Source: Escherichia phage vB_EcoM_JS09. Taken from it: 64,000 nt of DNA. The translations under genes and the position numbers were made by a program. Under the pieces are notes generated by a model that searched no databases, was not told the DNA's origin, and worked only from the letters and a program-made list of their open reading frames with translations. The stretch is taken from sequence record NC_024124.2. One strand, 5' to 3'. Below, piece after piece: positions 9,488-20,602 of the stretch; position 1 is the first letter of the stretch, and each line of letters begins with the position of its first letter.

Positions 9488-9787
9488 ATGCTTACTAAAA
9501 TCAAAGAAAATCCTGCCACTGAACTTGTTATTCGTTGTGAAGAACTTGCAGAGCTTTATCAGGTTAACAGAGAAGTGTGTCGTAGTGTTATCGTAGATAT
9601 GGAAGATGAAGTCTGTTCTCGTATTCCTTTTAGTGTCGATTTCAATCACATGAAGCCTGGTGAAATCACTATCGTCTTTGGTTCTGACTATACTGAAGAA
9701 CGGGCTCTTAATGTCCTAGAGTATGAAATGTCGTTCTTTGACATACAGGACTACATTGATAGTTATAAGGAACAATATGAGTCATAA
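9488..9787 (+). CDS. acidic hypothetical protein (at the T4 arn position next to asiA)
   Basis: 99-aa D/E-rich ORF; T4 Arn is a similar-sized acidic protein; assignment by synteny only. Confidence 0.4.
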   Translation: MLTKIKENPATELVIRCEELAELYQVNREVCRSVIVDMEDEVCSRIPFSVDFNHMKPGEITIVFGSDYTEERALNVLEYEMSFFDIQDYIDSYKEQYES

Positions 9788-9938
9788 TCTTCAGAACGTA
9801 GTAGAGGCCGAACGTGAGCGTGAGGCTTTAGTCTATAATGAACTATTAGTTCAATTCTTGGTCTTACACTCGTATGAACAGGAAGACTACACCAATTACG
9901 TTAAAAGCGTAGAAAAAGCCGTTTACAATCAACACTGA
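9776..9938 (+). CDS. hypothetical small protein (54 aa)
   Basis: Internal ATG of track ORF 9723..9938 (MSHNLQ...), overlapping the previous stop by 12 nt. Confidence 0.3.
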
Positions 9939-9950
9939 TAATGGTACTAT
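9922..9950 (+). promoter_or_regulatory. early promoter (asiA)
   Basis: TTTACA-N17-TACTAT with TG at -15. Confidence 0.55.
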
Positions 9951-9984
9951 ACTCCTATCAATTGAGTGGAATGAATAAAACGTT

Positions 9985-10257
9985 ATGAATAAAGACATTG
10001 AAATCGTACGTGAAATTATTACTATTGCTTCTATTTTGATTAAATTCTCTAGGGAAGATATTGTTGAAGACCGAGCAAGTTTCATCGGATTCTTGAATGA
10101 GATTGGAATTAAAAAAGATGGTCGGCAGCTAAATCAGAATTCTTTTAGAAAACTAATTACAAATTTAACTGCCGAAGAAAAGAAAACACTGATTAGTGAA
10201 TTCAATGAAGGTTTTGAAAATATTTATCGTCATTTAGCGATGTATTCTAACAACTAA
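9985..10257 (+). CDS. asiA: AsiA anti-sigma70 factor
   Basis: 90-aa ORF nearly identical to recalled T4 AsiA; own early promoter 9922..9950. Confidence 0.9.
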   Translation: MNKDIEIVREIITIASILIKFSREDIVEDRASFIGFLNEIGIKKDGRQLNQNSFRKLITNLTAEEKKTLISEFNEGFENIYRHLAMYSNN

Positions 10258-10917
10258 TTATTTAGCCCTTCCTAGTATTCGGACCGCTTGGTTGCATATA
10301 GCCGCTAAGCGATCTTCCTCAAGTATATTATTCCCCTTATACCAATACATCGTCACAGTTCCAGCATAGATGTTATCCAAATTAAAGTATGGACAACTAT
10401 ACATATAAGAAAGTTCGGCAGTCTTAGATTTTGTAGGCAAAAATGCAAATTCTGATTTAGATGAGAAATGACGGCCGCTTAAATGAACTATATATTCATT
10501 GGCCGTTTTATCCACCGGGAATCCGCCAAGGGACTTTTCAGAAATTGTGCTAGGTAGTTTGCCTTCATAAGCTATAAGGTCGACGAAATAATTTAAGTTT
10601 TTAGGTCTGAAAGAATACACAGCACTAAAATCTGCACCAGATGAGATATGAACTATTTGCAGTTGTTCTAGAGCCGCAGATTCAAAACGTAAAGCTCGTT
10701 CTTTTTGGATTATTTCAGTATAAGTATCATACTTAGCTCTTACATAATAATCCAGCAAAATACTTCCTTTGTACCATATTAGTGCCATTAGGAACAAAAG
10801 AATAATTACCGCTACTCGGGACATTAAAACCTTTCCAGTAGCGTTATCTTTGAAAATACGATCTAGCAACCCAAATAGAATATCACTAAGTGAAAATGAT
10901 ACTTTTGGTGTTGCCAT
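10258..10917 (-). CDS. t: holin T
   Basis: 219-aa ORF matching recalled T4 holin (218 aa); strong AGGAGG SD; late promoter 10938..10945. Confidence 0.9.
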   Translation of the reverse strand: MATPKVSFSLSDILFGLLDRIFKDNATGKVLMSRVAVIILLFLMALIWYKGSILLDYYVRAKYDTYTEIIQKERALRFESAALEQLQIVHISSGADFSAVYSFRPKNLNYFVDLIAYEGKLPSTISEKSLGGFPVDKTANEYIVHLSGRHFSSKSEFAFLPTKSKTAELSYMYSCPYFNLDNIYAGTVTMYWYKGNNILEEDRLAAICNQAVRILGRAK

Positions 10918-10926
10918 AATACCTCC

Positions 10927-11478
10927 TTACTTAAAGATATTTATAATCGCTTTGACAATAGATTTGTTTTCAAGGTCAGGGAATTTAGGGAATTCACCAC
11001 CAAGATGTTCATGTTTTTCTAAAAGGGCAAAGAATTTTTTGAGCTCTTTAAATTTTCGTTTTTCTTCTCTATTAGCAACCTCTGCGTCAATAAGAGAACT
11101 TAAAACACTGAATAATTTATAGAGTTCATGAATTTTCTTATCACGTTGAACTACGCGTTTATATGCTTCATCTTCCTTCCACCCGTCACCGGTCCAAATG
11201 TCAAATTCACCAGGTTCTTCTGTAGTAACATTTTGAAGAGCACCTGGGGTGTCAATAACAATTTTTTGCTTATCATAAGTCCATACTGTTTTTCCACGAT
11301 GGTCTTCAATATATACCCATTCTTGTTCGCGTTCATCAAATACAACAGCATAGCCTTCTTTAGGGTCTAAAGGTTTTTTTGGTGTCGAATGAGCCGGAAA
11401 TCCTACGCCTTTTAATGGTTTATAATTTTCTTCTTTGTAAAATTCTTTAGTGTCAAAATAATAGTGATAGAGTTTCAT
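10927..11478 (-). CDS. 38: gp38 long tail fibre assembly factor (T4 type)
   Basis: 183-aa ORF matching recalled T4 gp38 (183 aa); immediately downstream of gene 37. Confidence 0.85.
   Translation of the reverse strand: MKLYHYYFDTKEFYKEENYKPLKGVGFPAHSTPKKPLDPKEGYAVVFDEREQEWVYIEDHRGKTVWTYDKQKIVIDTPGALQNVTTEEPGEFDIWTGDGWKEDEAYKRVVQRDKKIHELYKLFSVLSSLIDAEVANREEKRKFKELKKFFALLEKHEHLGGEFPKFPDLENKSIVKAIINIFK
10938..10945 (-). promoter_or_regulatory. late promoter TATAAATA (gene t)
   Basis: Plus strand TATTTATA; 21 to 28 nt upstream of the t start codon. Confidence 0.55.
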
Positions 11479-11511
11479 ATTATAAAAAGGGACCGAAGTC
11501 CCTTCTCCTTA
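11479..11511 (-). promoter_or_regulatory. gene 38 translation initiation region with hairpin between SD and AUG
   Basis: Minus strand reads TAA-GGAG-AA-GGGAC-UUCG-GUCCC-UUUUUAUAAU-AUG: the SD overlaps the gene 37 stop and lies about 26 nt from the AUG, with a UUCG hairpin in between. Confidence 0.5.
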
Positions 11512-14500
11512 TGCTAAACGAACTATATAGTTAAAAGCAACGTTTTTAACTGTGTTTTCTGTATTACCTGTACTATTTACAGTGATAGTATGACCGTGCG
11601 AACCAATTGCAACAGTATGAGAATGAGCACCAATACCTACCGAATGGGTATGAGCACCAATACCTACAGTATGAGCATGGTTACCAGTAGCGCTAGTAGT
11701 TCCTGACCAACTATGGGTGTGGGCACCGTCTGAAGAAGTTTTGGCCATATTCGACGATGCAGTAGCACCGCTCACGGTTCCAGTGATTTTAGCGTTGCCG
11801 TTTGGACCCGCACTATTGTATCCATCATAGAATATGCTAGTGGGTATGCCGCCTTGCATCTGAGGGCCTGAACGCGCGTGTTGGTGAGCACCAGCGGAAC
11901 TAGTATTACCACTCACTGTATGGTTATGGTTGCCAGTGGTACTACTTGTCTTAGTACCATAATCAAAGCTTGAAGTCGTTTTGCTACCGTAATCAAAACT
12001 AGAAGTGGTCTTAGTACCTAAATCTGTGCTTGATGCACTTGCACTATGGCTATGTGACTTAACACCGTCTGCTTCTGTACTTAATACAGCACGCCCAGAT
12101 GGTTTACCCTTGATAGTTTGACCACGCATATCAGGCAGAGAGCCGGAAGGATACACAGCAGCTAACTTAGGATACAATCCAGCATCAAATGTTTGACCTT
12201 CCATTATGGCATAACCTTCAGGAGGTGTATCAGTAGGCCAAGGAATCGGAGCACCAATTGGATAACTTGAGACAATATCCGTCTTAAGGTTATTTATTGT
12301 GGTATTCAAGTTAGCAAAATTACCAGAACCACCAGTGATATTACCATCAGTACCAATACGAACATTACCAGCGCCTAATTTACCAGGAGAATAAAAATCA
12401 CCGTTTTTATTAAATTCCCATCCAAGATCCTTTATAACAGCACCAGTAGAAACGCCGTCACCACCTTCATGATAATGAACTCTAAAGTTACCACCATTAA
12501 TTAAAGTACCAATAGAATAGCAACTATTATTTTGAACGTATCTTTGTTTCACAATAGGAACATAAGTGCTTGTATCTGTTCTATCAATATTCATATAGAA
12601 CGGAGCACGAACGTTTTCATTATTTTGTGAAGCAAAAGAACCGGCTCCAGCAGGTCGTGCAGTATCAGTACATTCAGCGTCGATATATGCCGATTGTCCT
12701 AATTGCATACGGTAATTAGGAGAAATGCGACTATGACTAGTTATAACAACAAGTTTACTATCATTATCAACGGTCACCATATTACCGCCTGCACCGTCAT
12801 CACCTAACGTGACGGAATGACGCATTTGAACCATACCGTTATGAAGTGCGATGCTCAATGGACGAAGATTACCTATTTCACCATTTTCTCCTTGGTCTTT
12901 AAGAGTAGGAATAATGTGCAATGCCGTTTCTGAACGACGGAAAATTGCGCCATATTCGGCGTTCCAAATTCTCAATGCATTTGCTGTTCCACCAAATTTA
13001 GCTTGTCCGTTTACAGATAATCCATTATTTGCAACTAAACTTGATTCACTAACAATAGAACCGGCCGATATAATACCACCACCCACACGTAAAGCGCCAG
13101 AAATTCTAAATTGAAGAGAACCCACAGTTTCAGAACCCGTTGGAGCTAAACGTTGAGAATAAAAATGATAGCCCTGGCCGTCATACAATTCAAATACGGT
13201 TTCACGATTACCGGCAGTAGGGTCGAATGCATTACCCCAAGCTTTCATAGTCAGATAACTTTTATTTTGTCCTGCACGGGTCCCGGCGTTCCATTGGATA
13301 GTTCTCGAGCCATCAACTTTGCTAGGGGCACCAAATTTAAGGCCTTCGGTATTATTAGAACTATTTAAAAATAATTCGTTGTCTAATTTAACAGGTTGGA
13401 TAGAAGAAATAGTGCCGTCAGCATAAAACTGTACATTATTAGAGCCAGTTACCAATTTCAAAATACCGGGGTTAACTTCCATGCCTTCTTGGGTATTAAT
13501 GTTAGTTTTGCCTTTACCACGGAAATAGTGGTTCATTTTACCGCCTGAGTTATAGCCAATATGCGTCTGACCGTCTCCAGCATTGTTTTCATCAGCTTGT
13601 GTTTGAACTGATAAAAATGCAACGTTCGTTCCAGGCATAATCCATGTTGTACCTTGGTCTTCTGAGCGTCCAAATAATGCTTTACGAGTACTACGGAAAC
13701 TATCAGGAGCAATAGAAGCAACAGAATTCCAATTACCTACTAAATCATAAACACCTTGCTTAATATATTTTAAACCGGTTGCAGCATCACCCAAAGCAAT
13801 ATATCTTTCTCCCATTGGAGTAGGAGAACCATAGTTGTTAGTATTTTCATCAGCGGTAATTGTGCCAATAGCAAGTGAACGACGTAATACCATTGCGCCA
13901 TCATTACGAAGACCCATTAATTTAGTAGTAAGTGTATTTCCGGTCCACCAAGAAATTTCATCATTCTTACCAGTTTGAGCTGAAGCGATTTCATGGTAAA
14001 TAGTTCCGCCTGATTTAGCTCGAACTTTACGAAGATAGTTTATACCATTTTCTTCGCCTGTTCCAGGATAAACATATTGAACTAGTGATTGTGAATCATA
14101 TTGTCCGAATGCTTTTGTGTCCAAAACAATGGTTTTCGTATTAACTTGTGGAGCAGAAACTATACCATTGGCAGAGTTAATATTGCCTGATGCAGAAATA
14201 TTACCTGCGCGGACCTCAATACTACCAGAATCTACAATAAAATTACCATTACGGTTAAAGACCCAGTGTTTAGAATTGTCTGGAGTTGTAGAATCAATAT
14301 AATGAACTCTAAATGAGCCTTCGCTTACTAGTGTACCTACTGAAAAAGTACCGTCTTTATAACGTTGCTTAATCAAAGGGTGGTATTCAGAAGTTGAAGT
14401 AGTTGAACTCAAATCTGTAAAGATAGGGGCTTTATTCAAATGTTGGTTAGCCCAAGCGCCATTTCCAGCGGTTTTTGGCAAGAATTCGATATACTTTCCT

Positions 14501-14751
14501 GCATAAACAAACTGGTTTCCATTAAGATTATATGAGCCGTTTTGTAAATAATCACCATTTTGAGTTACATTACCGTTAATATCACCACCCTTAGCAAAGC
14601 CTAGGCTAATAATATTACCGAGGTCATCTTTAGTAAAAAGAGTTCGATCTTTTAAGTTTATCGCTAATTCGCCTTCGGCTAATTGTGCTGCAGTAGGATT
14701 AACTCCTGCTACTTTGCTTCTTTTAAATTGTATCTGTTTTAATGTAGCCAT
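11509..14751 (-). CDS. 37: gp37 long tail fibre distal subunit (receptor-binding)
   Basis: 1080-aa ORF (T4 gp37 is 1026 aa); C-terminal His-box repeats (GAHTHS/GAHSHT/GSHGHT). Confidence 0.9.
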   Translation of the reverse strand: MATLKQIQFKRSKVAGVNPTAAQLAEGELAINLKDRTLFTKDDLGNIISLGFAKGGDINGNVTQNGDYLQNGSYNLNGNQFVYAGKYIEFLPKTAGNGAWANQHLNKAPIFTDLSSTTSTSEYHPLIKQRYKDGTFSVGTLVSEGSFRVHYIDSTTPDNSKHWVFNRNGNFIVDSGSIEVRAGNISASGNINSANGIVSAPQVNTKTIVLDTKAFGQYDSQSLVQYVYPGTGEENGINYLRKVRAKSGGTIYHEIASAQTGKNDEISWWTGNTLTTKLMGLRNDGAMVLRRSLAIGTITADENTNNYGSPTPMGERYIALGDAATGLKYIKQGVYDLVGNWNSVASIAPDSFRSTRKALFGRSEDQGTTWIMPGTNVAFLSVQTQADENNAGDGQTHIGYNSGGKMNHYFRGKGKTNINTQEGMEVNPGILKLVTGSNNVQFYADGTISSIQPVKLDNELFLNSSNNTEGLKFGAPSKVDGSRTIQWNAGTRAGQNKSYLTMKAWGNAFDPTAGNRETVFELYDGQGYHFYSQRLAPTGSETVGSLQFRISGALRVGGGIISAGSIVSESSLVANNGLSVNGQAKFGGTANALRIWNAEYGAIFRRSETALHIIPTLKDQGENGEIGNLRPLSIALHNGMVQMRHSVTLGDDGAGGNMVTVDNDSKLVVITSHSRISPNYRMQLGQSAYIDAECTDTARPAGAGSFASQNNENVRAPFYMNIDRTDTSTYVPIVKQRYVQNNSCYSIGTLINGGNFRVHYHEGGDGVSTGAVIKDLGWEFNKNGDFYSPGKLGAGNVRIGTDGNITGGSGNFANLNTTINNLKTDIVSSYPIGAPIPWPTDTPPEGYAIMEGQTFDAGLYPKLAAVYPSGSLPDMRGQTIKGKPSGRAVLSTEADGVKSHSHSASASSTDLGTKTTSSFDYGSKTTSSFDYGTKTSSTTGNHNHTVSGNTSSAGAHQHARSGPQMQGGIPTSIFYDGYNSAGPNGNAKITGTVSGATASSNMAKTSSDGAHTHSWSGTTSATGNHAHTVGIGAHTHSVGIGAHSHTVAIGSHGHTITVNSTGNTENTVKNVAFNYIVRLA

Positions 14752-14759
14752 AAGTCCTC

Positions 14760-15425
14760 TTAATAATAGCCGAAATCTTGAACAGAATCTTTAATTACAA
14801 TCTGGTCGAAACGAGGAACATGATTAGCCTCAGACGCCGGATTCTGTGAGAAAAAGTTTGGTGCTGTTAAAGTACCAGCCATGGTATCGCCAGAACGCAA
14901 TACACGAGAATTTGCGTTATCCGTAACAATATTTATTCGTCCATCAACATAATCTTTTCTTGTGAGATCATTTGCTGCAACCGGAGCAGTCATATCGCTT
15001 CTTACTTGTCCTGAAGCAGATACAACGCCTTTTGTACTAATATCGCCATTACGTGTGTTAATTACAACAGTTCGAGCTGCTGAACCTTGCGATGATTTAA
15101 AACCAATACCATTCCACGAAACAATATCGATATTTGCTACAGCAAAAGTAGCATTATCACCGTTACCTGGATAAACGCCGCATGGGTTTGTGTTGTTTAC
15201 AGCATACGGAACTTGAACGCCACCGTTAAATGTTACCTTTGATGCATAAGTACCACCATTAGCTTTAGAAACGAAATCGTTATCAGCAGCTTGTGGTTTA
15301 TTATATTCTGAATAGAGTTTAAACGTTTTATACAGGACGTCATCACCTGCTGGCATTAAAGGGAAATTACCTTGATGCCATATAACGGCACCACCAGTTG
15401 TACTACCAGCTTTTAAATCGGCCAT
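14760..15425 (-). CDS. 36: gp36 long tail fibre distal connector
   Basis: 221-aa ORF matching recalled T4 gp36 (221 aa). Confidence 0.85.
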   Translation of the reverse strand: MADLKAGSTTGGAVIWHQGNFPLMPAGDDVLYKTFKLYSEYNKPQAADNDFVSKANGGTYASKVTFNGGVQVPYAVNNTNPCGVYPGNGDNATFAVANIDIVSWNGIGFKSSQGSAARTVVINTRNGDISTKGVVSASGQVRSDMTAPVAANDLTRKDYVDGRINIVTDNANSRVLRSGDTMAGTLTAPNFFSQNPASEANHVPRFDQIVIKDSVQDFGYY

Positions 15426-15449
15426 AGTTGTCTCCTTATATGTATACCA

Positions 15450-15457
15450 TATTTATA
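15450..15457 (-). promoter_or_regulatory. late promoter TATAAATA (gene 36)
   Basis: Plus strand TATTTATA between the gp35-end hairpin and the gene 36 SD. Confidence 0.55.
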
Positions 15458-15464
15458 CAAAAAT

Positions 15465-15482
15465 GGGAGACCGAAGTCTCCC
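15465..15482 (-). terminator. UUCG hairpin after gene 35
   Basis: Minus strand GGGAGAC-UUCG-GUCUCCC followed by AUUUUUG; 5 nt after the gp35 stop. Confidence 0.65.
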
Positions 15483-15487
15483 TAAAT

Positions 15488-16615
15488 TTATTCTGACGCT
15501 TCTTTAAATTCTTGTCCAAATACCTTACCAGTATCAGTTGAAGATTGAGTAGGTAATGTCATTATGTCTGGGGCACTTAAAGATTCTGAAACATAATTTA
15601 CACGAATACCATTTATACCAAACTCGGCAGGTTTTGAAACGCTTCCATTACATGATACTTCAGTGAATATAACGTTTCTTAATCCACCTTGCCCGACTGG
15701 AGCTGTACGATAACAATAAATCGTGAACCCGTCAGCACCAGCAGGAATTTCTATGTAGTCTTCATATATCTTCCATTCACCTGCAGCCCCATCAAAGTTT
15801 ATATCCTTAAATGAAATAGGTGAAGTAGAAGGAGATTTAAAGAAACGAATAGAAAGTCGTGTCGTCCCTTGTGCTAACAAATCGGCATCGGCCATTAGTT
15901 GGAATTTCATATAAAGGAAATCTCCAGGCTTCAATTTATACCCAGCGAGAGGTGTAATAATGGATGTTGTAGGCATCCTTTTAATTTCATTATTAGCACC
16001 TCCAACAGCAGATAAAAATGTGTCTGTCGATTCGTACGTACGTCTAGGGAAGCCGGTAGCACCAATATCATCGATCGTGTCGTACACAACATCAAGTGGT
16101 GTACTATAGTCGGTTGAAGTTTTCTTATTACTATACTTAATATGTTCTAGTGCTATAGCATTCTTACCAGAAATATAAAACGCAGAATAAGAAATGTCCA
16201 CTATATTTAAAACTTGTTGAGCTAATGGAATAGCAGAACTTCCGGCTTTATTAAACCATGTAAGAACTTCGGGTGGAAAGTTTGTTTTAGCGTTAGTAAC
16301 AAGAGCAAATATAAAATTTGAAGCATATGTGTCCATGAAAGTAACAAATGCACTTGACGTGGCGTCGTTTTCAGTAGAGAAATTATATGACTTAGATTCA
16401 ACTACTGCACCTGTTGTAGGATTTATTACACGAACGTTTAATCCAACAGAAAAAACCTGGGACCCAAGTGGATTATCTTGGAACTTAATATAAGCAGGAG
16501 ATGTTGATAGCGGACAAGAGCCCGCTATGCTTAATTTAAATCGTACCGAATTGCTTTCCGATAAAAATGGCGTTTGGACGTATCCTTGTCCAAACTTAGC
16601 CATAAATTTTTCCAT
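15488..16615 (-). CDS. 35: gp35 long tail fibre hinge
   Basis: 375-aa ORF (T4 gp35 372 aa); synteny 34-35-36-37. Confidence 0.85.
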   Translation of the reverse strand: MEKFMAKFGQGYVQTPFLSESNSVRFKLSIAGSCPLSTSPAYIKFQDNPLGSQVFSVGLNVRVINPTTGAVVESKSYNFSTENDATSSAFVTFMDTYASNFIFALVTNAKTNFPPEVLTWFNKAGSSAIPLAQQVLNIVDISYSAFYISGKNAIALEHIKYSNKKTSTDYSTPLDVVYDTIDDIGATGFPRRTYESTDTFLSAVGGANNEIKRMPTTSIITPLAGYKLKPGDFLYMKFQLMADADLLAQGTTRLSIRFFKSPSTSPISFKDINFDGAAGEWKIYEDYIEIPAGADGFTIYCYRTAPVGQGGLRNVIFTEVSCNGSVSKPAEFGINGIRVNYVSESLSAPDIMTLPTQSSTDTGKVFGQEFKEASE

Positions 16616-16623
16616 AATACCTC

Positions 16624-19600
16624 TTATTCAATCCACTCGAATTTAACAGATTTATTCACAGGGTCTGGAATAACGCGGACATTACCAATCCTTAAGAAAT
16701 CCCTTATTGTCAAGTTTCCGATTGTTGCATTATCAGAAGGTAAAGCACCAATATCAGATGGCTGAGGAGGGTTACCCCCATCAAATACTTGAACAAAACT
16801 TGACCAAGAATTTTTAGTTTTCTGCCATGTACGAGTCCAGCGAGTGGTACGTGCTTCCGGAGTTGTTGGATAAGTAATCCAATCTTGGTAAAGCGAATCA
16901 AGTGTGTTACCAAACTGAGTCAATGTACCAGGAGATTTAACTTCTTCGCCACGTTCTAAGTATGGAAGTCCAGACACTTCATTAGTTTTTTCAACCATTT
17001 TAAAATAACCAGGGAACTGGTTATAAGTGGCTGAATCATTAATATCAATTGACCAGAATCCTACAGTATCGGATGTTGGCGCACGAGTATATAAGTCAGA
17101 TGTTTTAGTACCCTGAGAACGAATTCTAGAGTTAACAGTCAAACCATCTGAATTTATAGTAGCACCTTTGGCAATGATTAAGCCTTCACCAATCGTTACT
17201 TGACCGGATGCATTATTAATAGCTAAAGGACGTAATCCATTAAATCCGCCAGTCTGATCGCCTGATGCAGTGAGCATAAAATAGGTATTAGCAGCGTCAT
17301 TACGAATAAAGAATCCGTAATCACCACTAATTGCTCTGAAAGCATTTGCAGACTTACTAATGAATTCGCCATTAGCAGTAACTGAACGACCGAATGTTGC
17401 AACGCCATTAACATTCATCAAACCGGAAGCATTAATGTTTATTGGCATCACAGTACCATTAATGCTAAACGCTATATTCCCATCTTTATTACGTTGAGAA
17501 TAAAAATGATTAGACGTTTCATCACCAACTTCAAATACAGTAGAACGTGTTGTATCTGATCCGCCACCAAACTGATTTCCCCAAACTCTGATAGTCATCG
17601 TCTGTGCTGGATTAGTTCCAGTTTGAGGTCCTTTCTCAAAAATCAGACGAGTTGCCGTTCCAGTATTAGAAATAGTTAATGTACTATTTGCCGAAACTGA
17701 CCCACCAAACGTAGCAGTACTAGATGATACAAGAGGGGCACTCAGATTAGTTTGTTTCGTTAAGGTTAGTGAACCATTAACCGTCTGTGCAATATCCCTA
17801 CGAATGAACTGAGATGAATCTATGCCATCTAATAAATTTGCGTCAGCAGCTTTTGCTTTTAATGGCAAATAGTTAGCAAGTACACGGTTTAATTCATATG
17901 GAGATATAGCATAGCTATTTTTTTCATATGATTCTAAAGGTTGTGTTGAACCAACTGTATCATTACCAACAAATGTAATAGAACCGGATGAAGTTTTAAC
18001 GAATCCACGAATTGCTGTAGTAGCAGCCCATGTTGGTTCATTCTGGACAATCCATTTTAAATTCTTAGGCGATACAGCAGTATTAGCAGAAGTTCCTGTT
18101 ACAGTTTCAGCCCGAGTAGCAACCTTAATTACGCCTTCAGACGTTTCAGTGGACTTAGTCCCTAAAAGCTTTTTAGGAGTAATAAGAACATCATCTAAAG
18201 TTCCTGCATTAGATTCTGTCTGAGTCGCTACTCGAAGTGTACCACGTTGTGTTTCATTTGCTTTAGAAATATCAAGAGTATAATGGTTCCACAAGGTTCC
18301 TTCTTCAATAAGTCCGGAATCAGAATTAACACTGGTACGGTCAGAAGAATCAAAATGAGTTTTAATTTTCAGTGGAGTTGAGATACGAGTATCATCAGTT
18401 CCAGTATCAAATTCAACTTGCGTAGCAAGTTCGGCTATGCCGGATAATCCTTCCGTAGCTTTCCTATCATTTAACGTCTTAGGCGTTACTGCACGTGTAT
18501 AATCAGTCCCAGCATTAGTTTCTGCTTGCGTAGCAATTTCAATTAAACCAATACGTCCATCAGTAGAAGTTTTCTTATGTAGTGTTTCAGGAGTTACTAC
18601 AGCGTGAGAATAACCTGCTTGAGATTGTCCAGCAATTACTTCACTATCAACAGCTAAAATTACTGCACCTTGTTGAGCATAAGTTGCTTTATATTGGTCA
18701 AGGGCTTTAGGAGAAATAGTTAACGTGGATGTGTCTTTATTATAAACATTAGTGCCTGCAGCTCCACGAGTTTCAGCAGGAGTAGCAGAAGTAGTTGATA
18801 CATATTTAACTATACCTGATAGTGTTTCAGAACCCTGACGTGCCTGCAATTTCTTAGGTGTAATAATCGTTGTGTCATCAAGACCAGCATCGGTTTCAGT
18901 CTGAGTAGCAATTTCAGCAAGACCGCGACGAGTTTCAGTTGCTGTACGCTCATTTAGTTTTTTAGGCGTAACAATAGTATCGTCCACAAATGATGCTATG
19001 GAATTCTGGTTAACTTGTGCTGTTGTAGCAATTTTAGCGATACCACGTCGAGCTTCAGTTGCTGTACGATTTGCCAACGTTTCAGGAGTAATAGCCACTT
19101 CTTTAGCTGGAGTATTCTCTAAATCAACATTTGCTTGCGCTTGAGTAGCAAGAGCAATAACACCTAAACGAGCTCGTGTAGCATCAGTTCCAGCATCAAC
19201 ACGTTCTACCGTAGGGACATTCTGTTGCACAACCCAATAATGAGTGTCAGAATCGGTGTCTTCGATATACGCTAATTCTAATACAGGAACATATGAAGTA
19301 GTGCCATTGAATTCTAGTTCAGTAACAGAGACCCATTGAGTATCAGGTGGATATTCAGAACGTTTAGGGAACTGAAGTAATGCGACAGAAGAAGCAATTG
19401 TATCACCTTCGGCAGCTTTAATTTTTACTGTTTGGCCTTTACGCATGTAGTTCATTGAAATTTTAACAGTGTCACCGGTCAAAATTCCTGTAGGAAGCGT
19501 AAGGTTAATAGTTTCTGCTGTAGCGTTATTTGTACCAAAAATAAGAACTTCTTCATTTGGGCGAATATTTGAATCTGTACGGATAATACGAAGACGTGAT

Positions 19601-20499
19601 TTCTGGTCGCCTTCCCATATACGCCATAAACTATTTGCAGCATCAAAAACAAAAAACGCGTCAGAAGAAGTTCTACCTTCGACGATATGAGTCCCGACTT
19701 CGCCAATAGACGTTGTATCATCAAATGTTTTAATAATCGTATGATACAGTGGGTTTAATTTATCTAAATCAACTAGGCTGATTATATCACCATTGTTAGC
19801 ATTACGTGGAAGTGTAATGTTGATTGGTGCTGCACTAGTAAAACGAAGAACAATAAAATCGTTTGCTTGCGCTTGATGTGGTGTAGCAGGTGTAACAGTG
19901 ATTGATTCTTTACCGTAATCAATGATATACATCTGCCACAAACGATTACTAAACACAAACAATAGTTGTGAACGTGGGCGCGTCATTAAAACTGTACGAA
20001 CTTGTTCACCTCTAAAGTTTAAAATACTCTGCACAGACGCGTTAATCTGTACTTTAACTGTCCCGGTTCTTCCACCGATATCAGCTAAAACAATAGTGTC
20101 ACCATCAACCGGCGCATTTGGCAACGTGAAAACCATATCATTGCCGGCACCAGTGTTAACCGAAATCGATTCACCTGAAGAAAGTTGATAAGTCCCAGAA
20201 GCTACAGTTATCCATTGTGCATCGGTACGAACTGCACGCCATTGTAAAAGGTTAAATGCCCCGGAAGGAGACACGATATCATTTATTGCTTGATATAAAC
20301 GGTTGTCATAAAGAACAACAAATCCTTTGTTATATCCACGCGTAGAATCATATACTTGAACGGTGTTTTCTTGTACCAGGAAGTCAACGTTTACGCCATC
20401 AGTACCTACTGTACGGTCGGCTAATGCTACGTTAACAATCTTGTCGCCACCGGCGTCCAGACCGTCTTCGGCTCTGAACTTACGTTTGATGTCGGCCAT
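16624..20499 (-). CDS. 34: gp34 long tail fibre proximal subunit
   Basis: 1291-aa ORF (T4 gp34 1289 aa); late promoter 20530..20537. Confidence 0.9.
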   Translation of the reverse strand: MADIKRKFRAEDGLDAGGDKIVNVALADRTVGTDGVNVDFLVQENTVQVYDSTRGYNKGFVVLYDNRLYQAINDIVSPSGAFNLLQWRAVRTDAQWITVASGTYQLSSGESISVNTGAGNDMVFTLPNAPVDGDTIVLADIGGRTGTVKVQINASVQSILNFRGEQVRTVLMTRPRSQLLFVFSNRLWQMYIIDYGKESITVTPATPHQAQANDFIVLRFTSAAPINITLPRNANNGDIISLVDLDKLNPLYHTIIKTFDDTTSIGEVGTHIVEGRTSSDAFFVFDAANSLWRIWEGDQKSRLRIIRTDSNIRPNEEVLIFGTNNATAETINLTLPTGILTGDTVKISMNYMRKGQTVKIKAAEGDTIASSVALLQFPKRSEYPPDTQWVSVTELEFNGTTSYVPVLELAYIEDTDSDTHYWVVQQNVPTVERVDAGTDATRARLGVIALATQAQANVDLENTPAKEVAITPETLANRTATEARRGIAKIATTAQVNQNSIASFVDDTIVTPKKLNERTATETRRGLAEIATQTETDAGLDDTTIITPKKLQARQGSETLSGIVKYVSTTSATPAETRGAAGTNVYNKDTSTLTISPKALDQYKATYAQQGAVILAVDSEVIAGQSQAGYSHAVVTPETLHKKTSTDGRIGLIEIATQAETNAGTDYTRAVTPKTLNDRKATEGLSGIAELATQVEFDTGTDDTRISTPLKIKTHFDSSDRTSVNSDSGLIEEGTLWNHYTLDISKANETQRGTLRVATQTESNAGTLDDVLITPKKLLGTKSTETSEGVIKVATRAETVTGTSANTAVSPKNLKWIVQNEPTWAATTAIRGFVKTSSGSITFVGNDTVGSTQPLESYEKNSYAISPYELNRVLANYLPLKAKAADANLLDGIDSSQFIRRDIAQTVNGSLTLTKQTNLSAPLVSSSTATFGGSVSANSTLTISNTGTATRLIFEKGPQTGTNPAQTMTIRVWGNQFGGGSDTTRSTVFEVGDETSNHFYSQRNKDGNIAFSINGTVMPININASGLMNVNGVATFGRSVTANGEFISKSANAFRAISGDYGFFIRNDAANTYFMLTASGDQTGGFNGLRPLAINNASGQVTIGEGLIIAKGATINSDGLTVNSRIRSQGTKTSDLYTRAPTSDTVGFWSIDINDSATYNQFPGYFKMVEKTNEVSGLPYLERGEEVKSPGTLTQFGNTLDSLYQDWITYPTTPEARTTRWTRTWQKTKNSWSSFVQVFDGGNPPQPSDIGALPSDNATIGNLTIRDFLRIGNVRVIPDPVNKSVKFEWIE

Positions 20500-20529
20500 T
20501 CGTTTTTCCTTTATTGTTTCAATAATACT

Positions 20530-20537
20530 TATTTATA
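20530..20537 (-). promoter_or_regulatory. late promoter TATAAATA (gene 34)
   Basis: Plus strand TATTTATA about 30 nt upstream of gene 34; back-to-back with the rnh early promoter. Confidence 0.6.
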
Positions 20538-20541
20538 CCAG

Positions 20542-20570
20542 TTTACGCTTTCAAATGAGTGTGTTACTAT
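20542..20570 (+). promoter_or_regulatory. early promoter (rnh)
   Basis: GTTTAC at 20541; TGTTACTAT extended -10 at 20562..20570. Confidence 0.55.
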
Positions 20571-20602
20571 AGACAAGTTGACTAACTGAACAAGAGGTTC
20601 AT

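Noticed and set aside
12851-14302. Plus-strand ORFs inside gene 37 (12851..13114, 13153..13368, 14117..14302)
   Set aside because: Antisense to a long, clearly coding tail fibre gene; no signals
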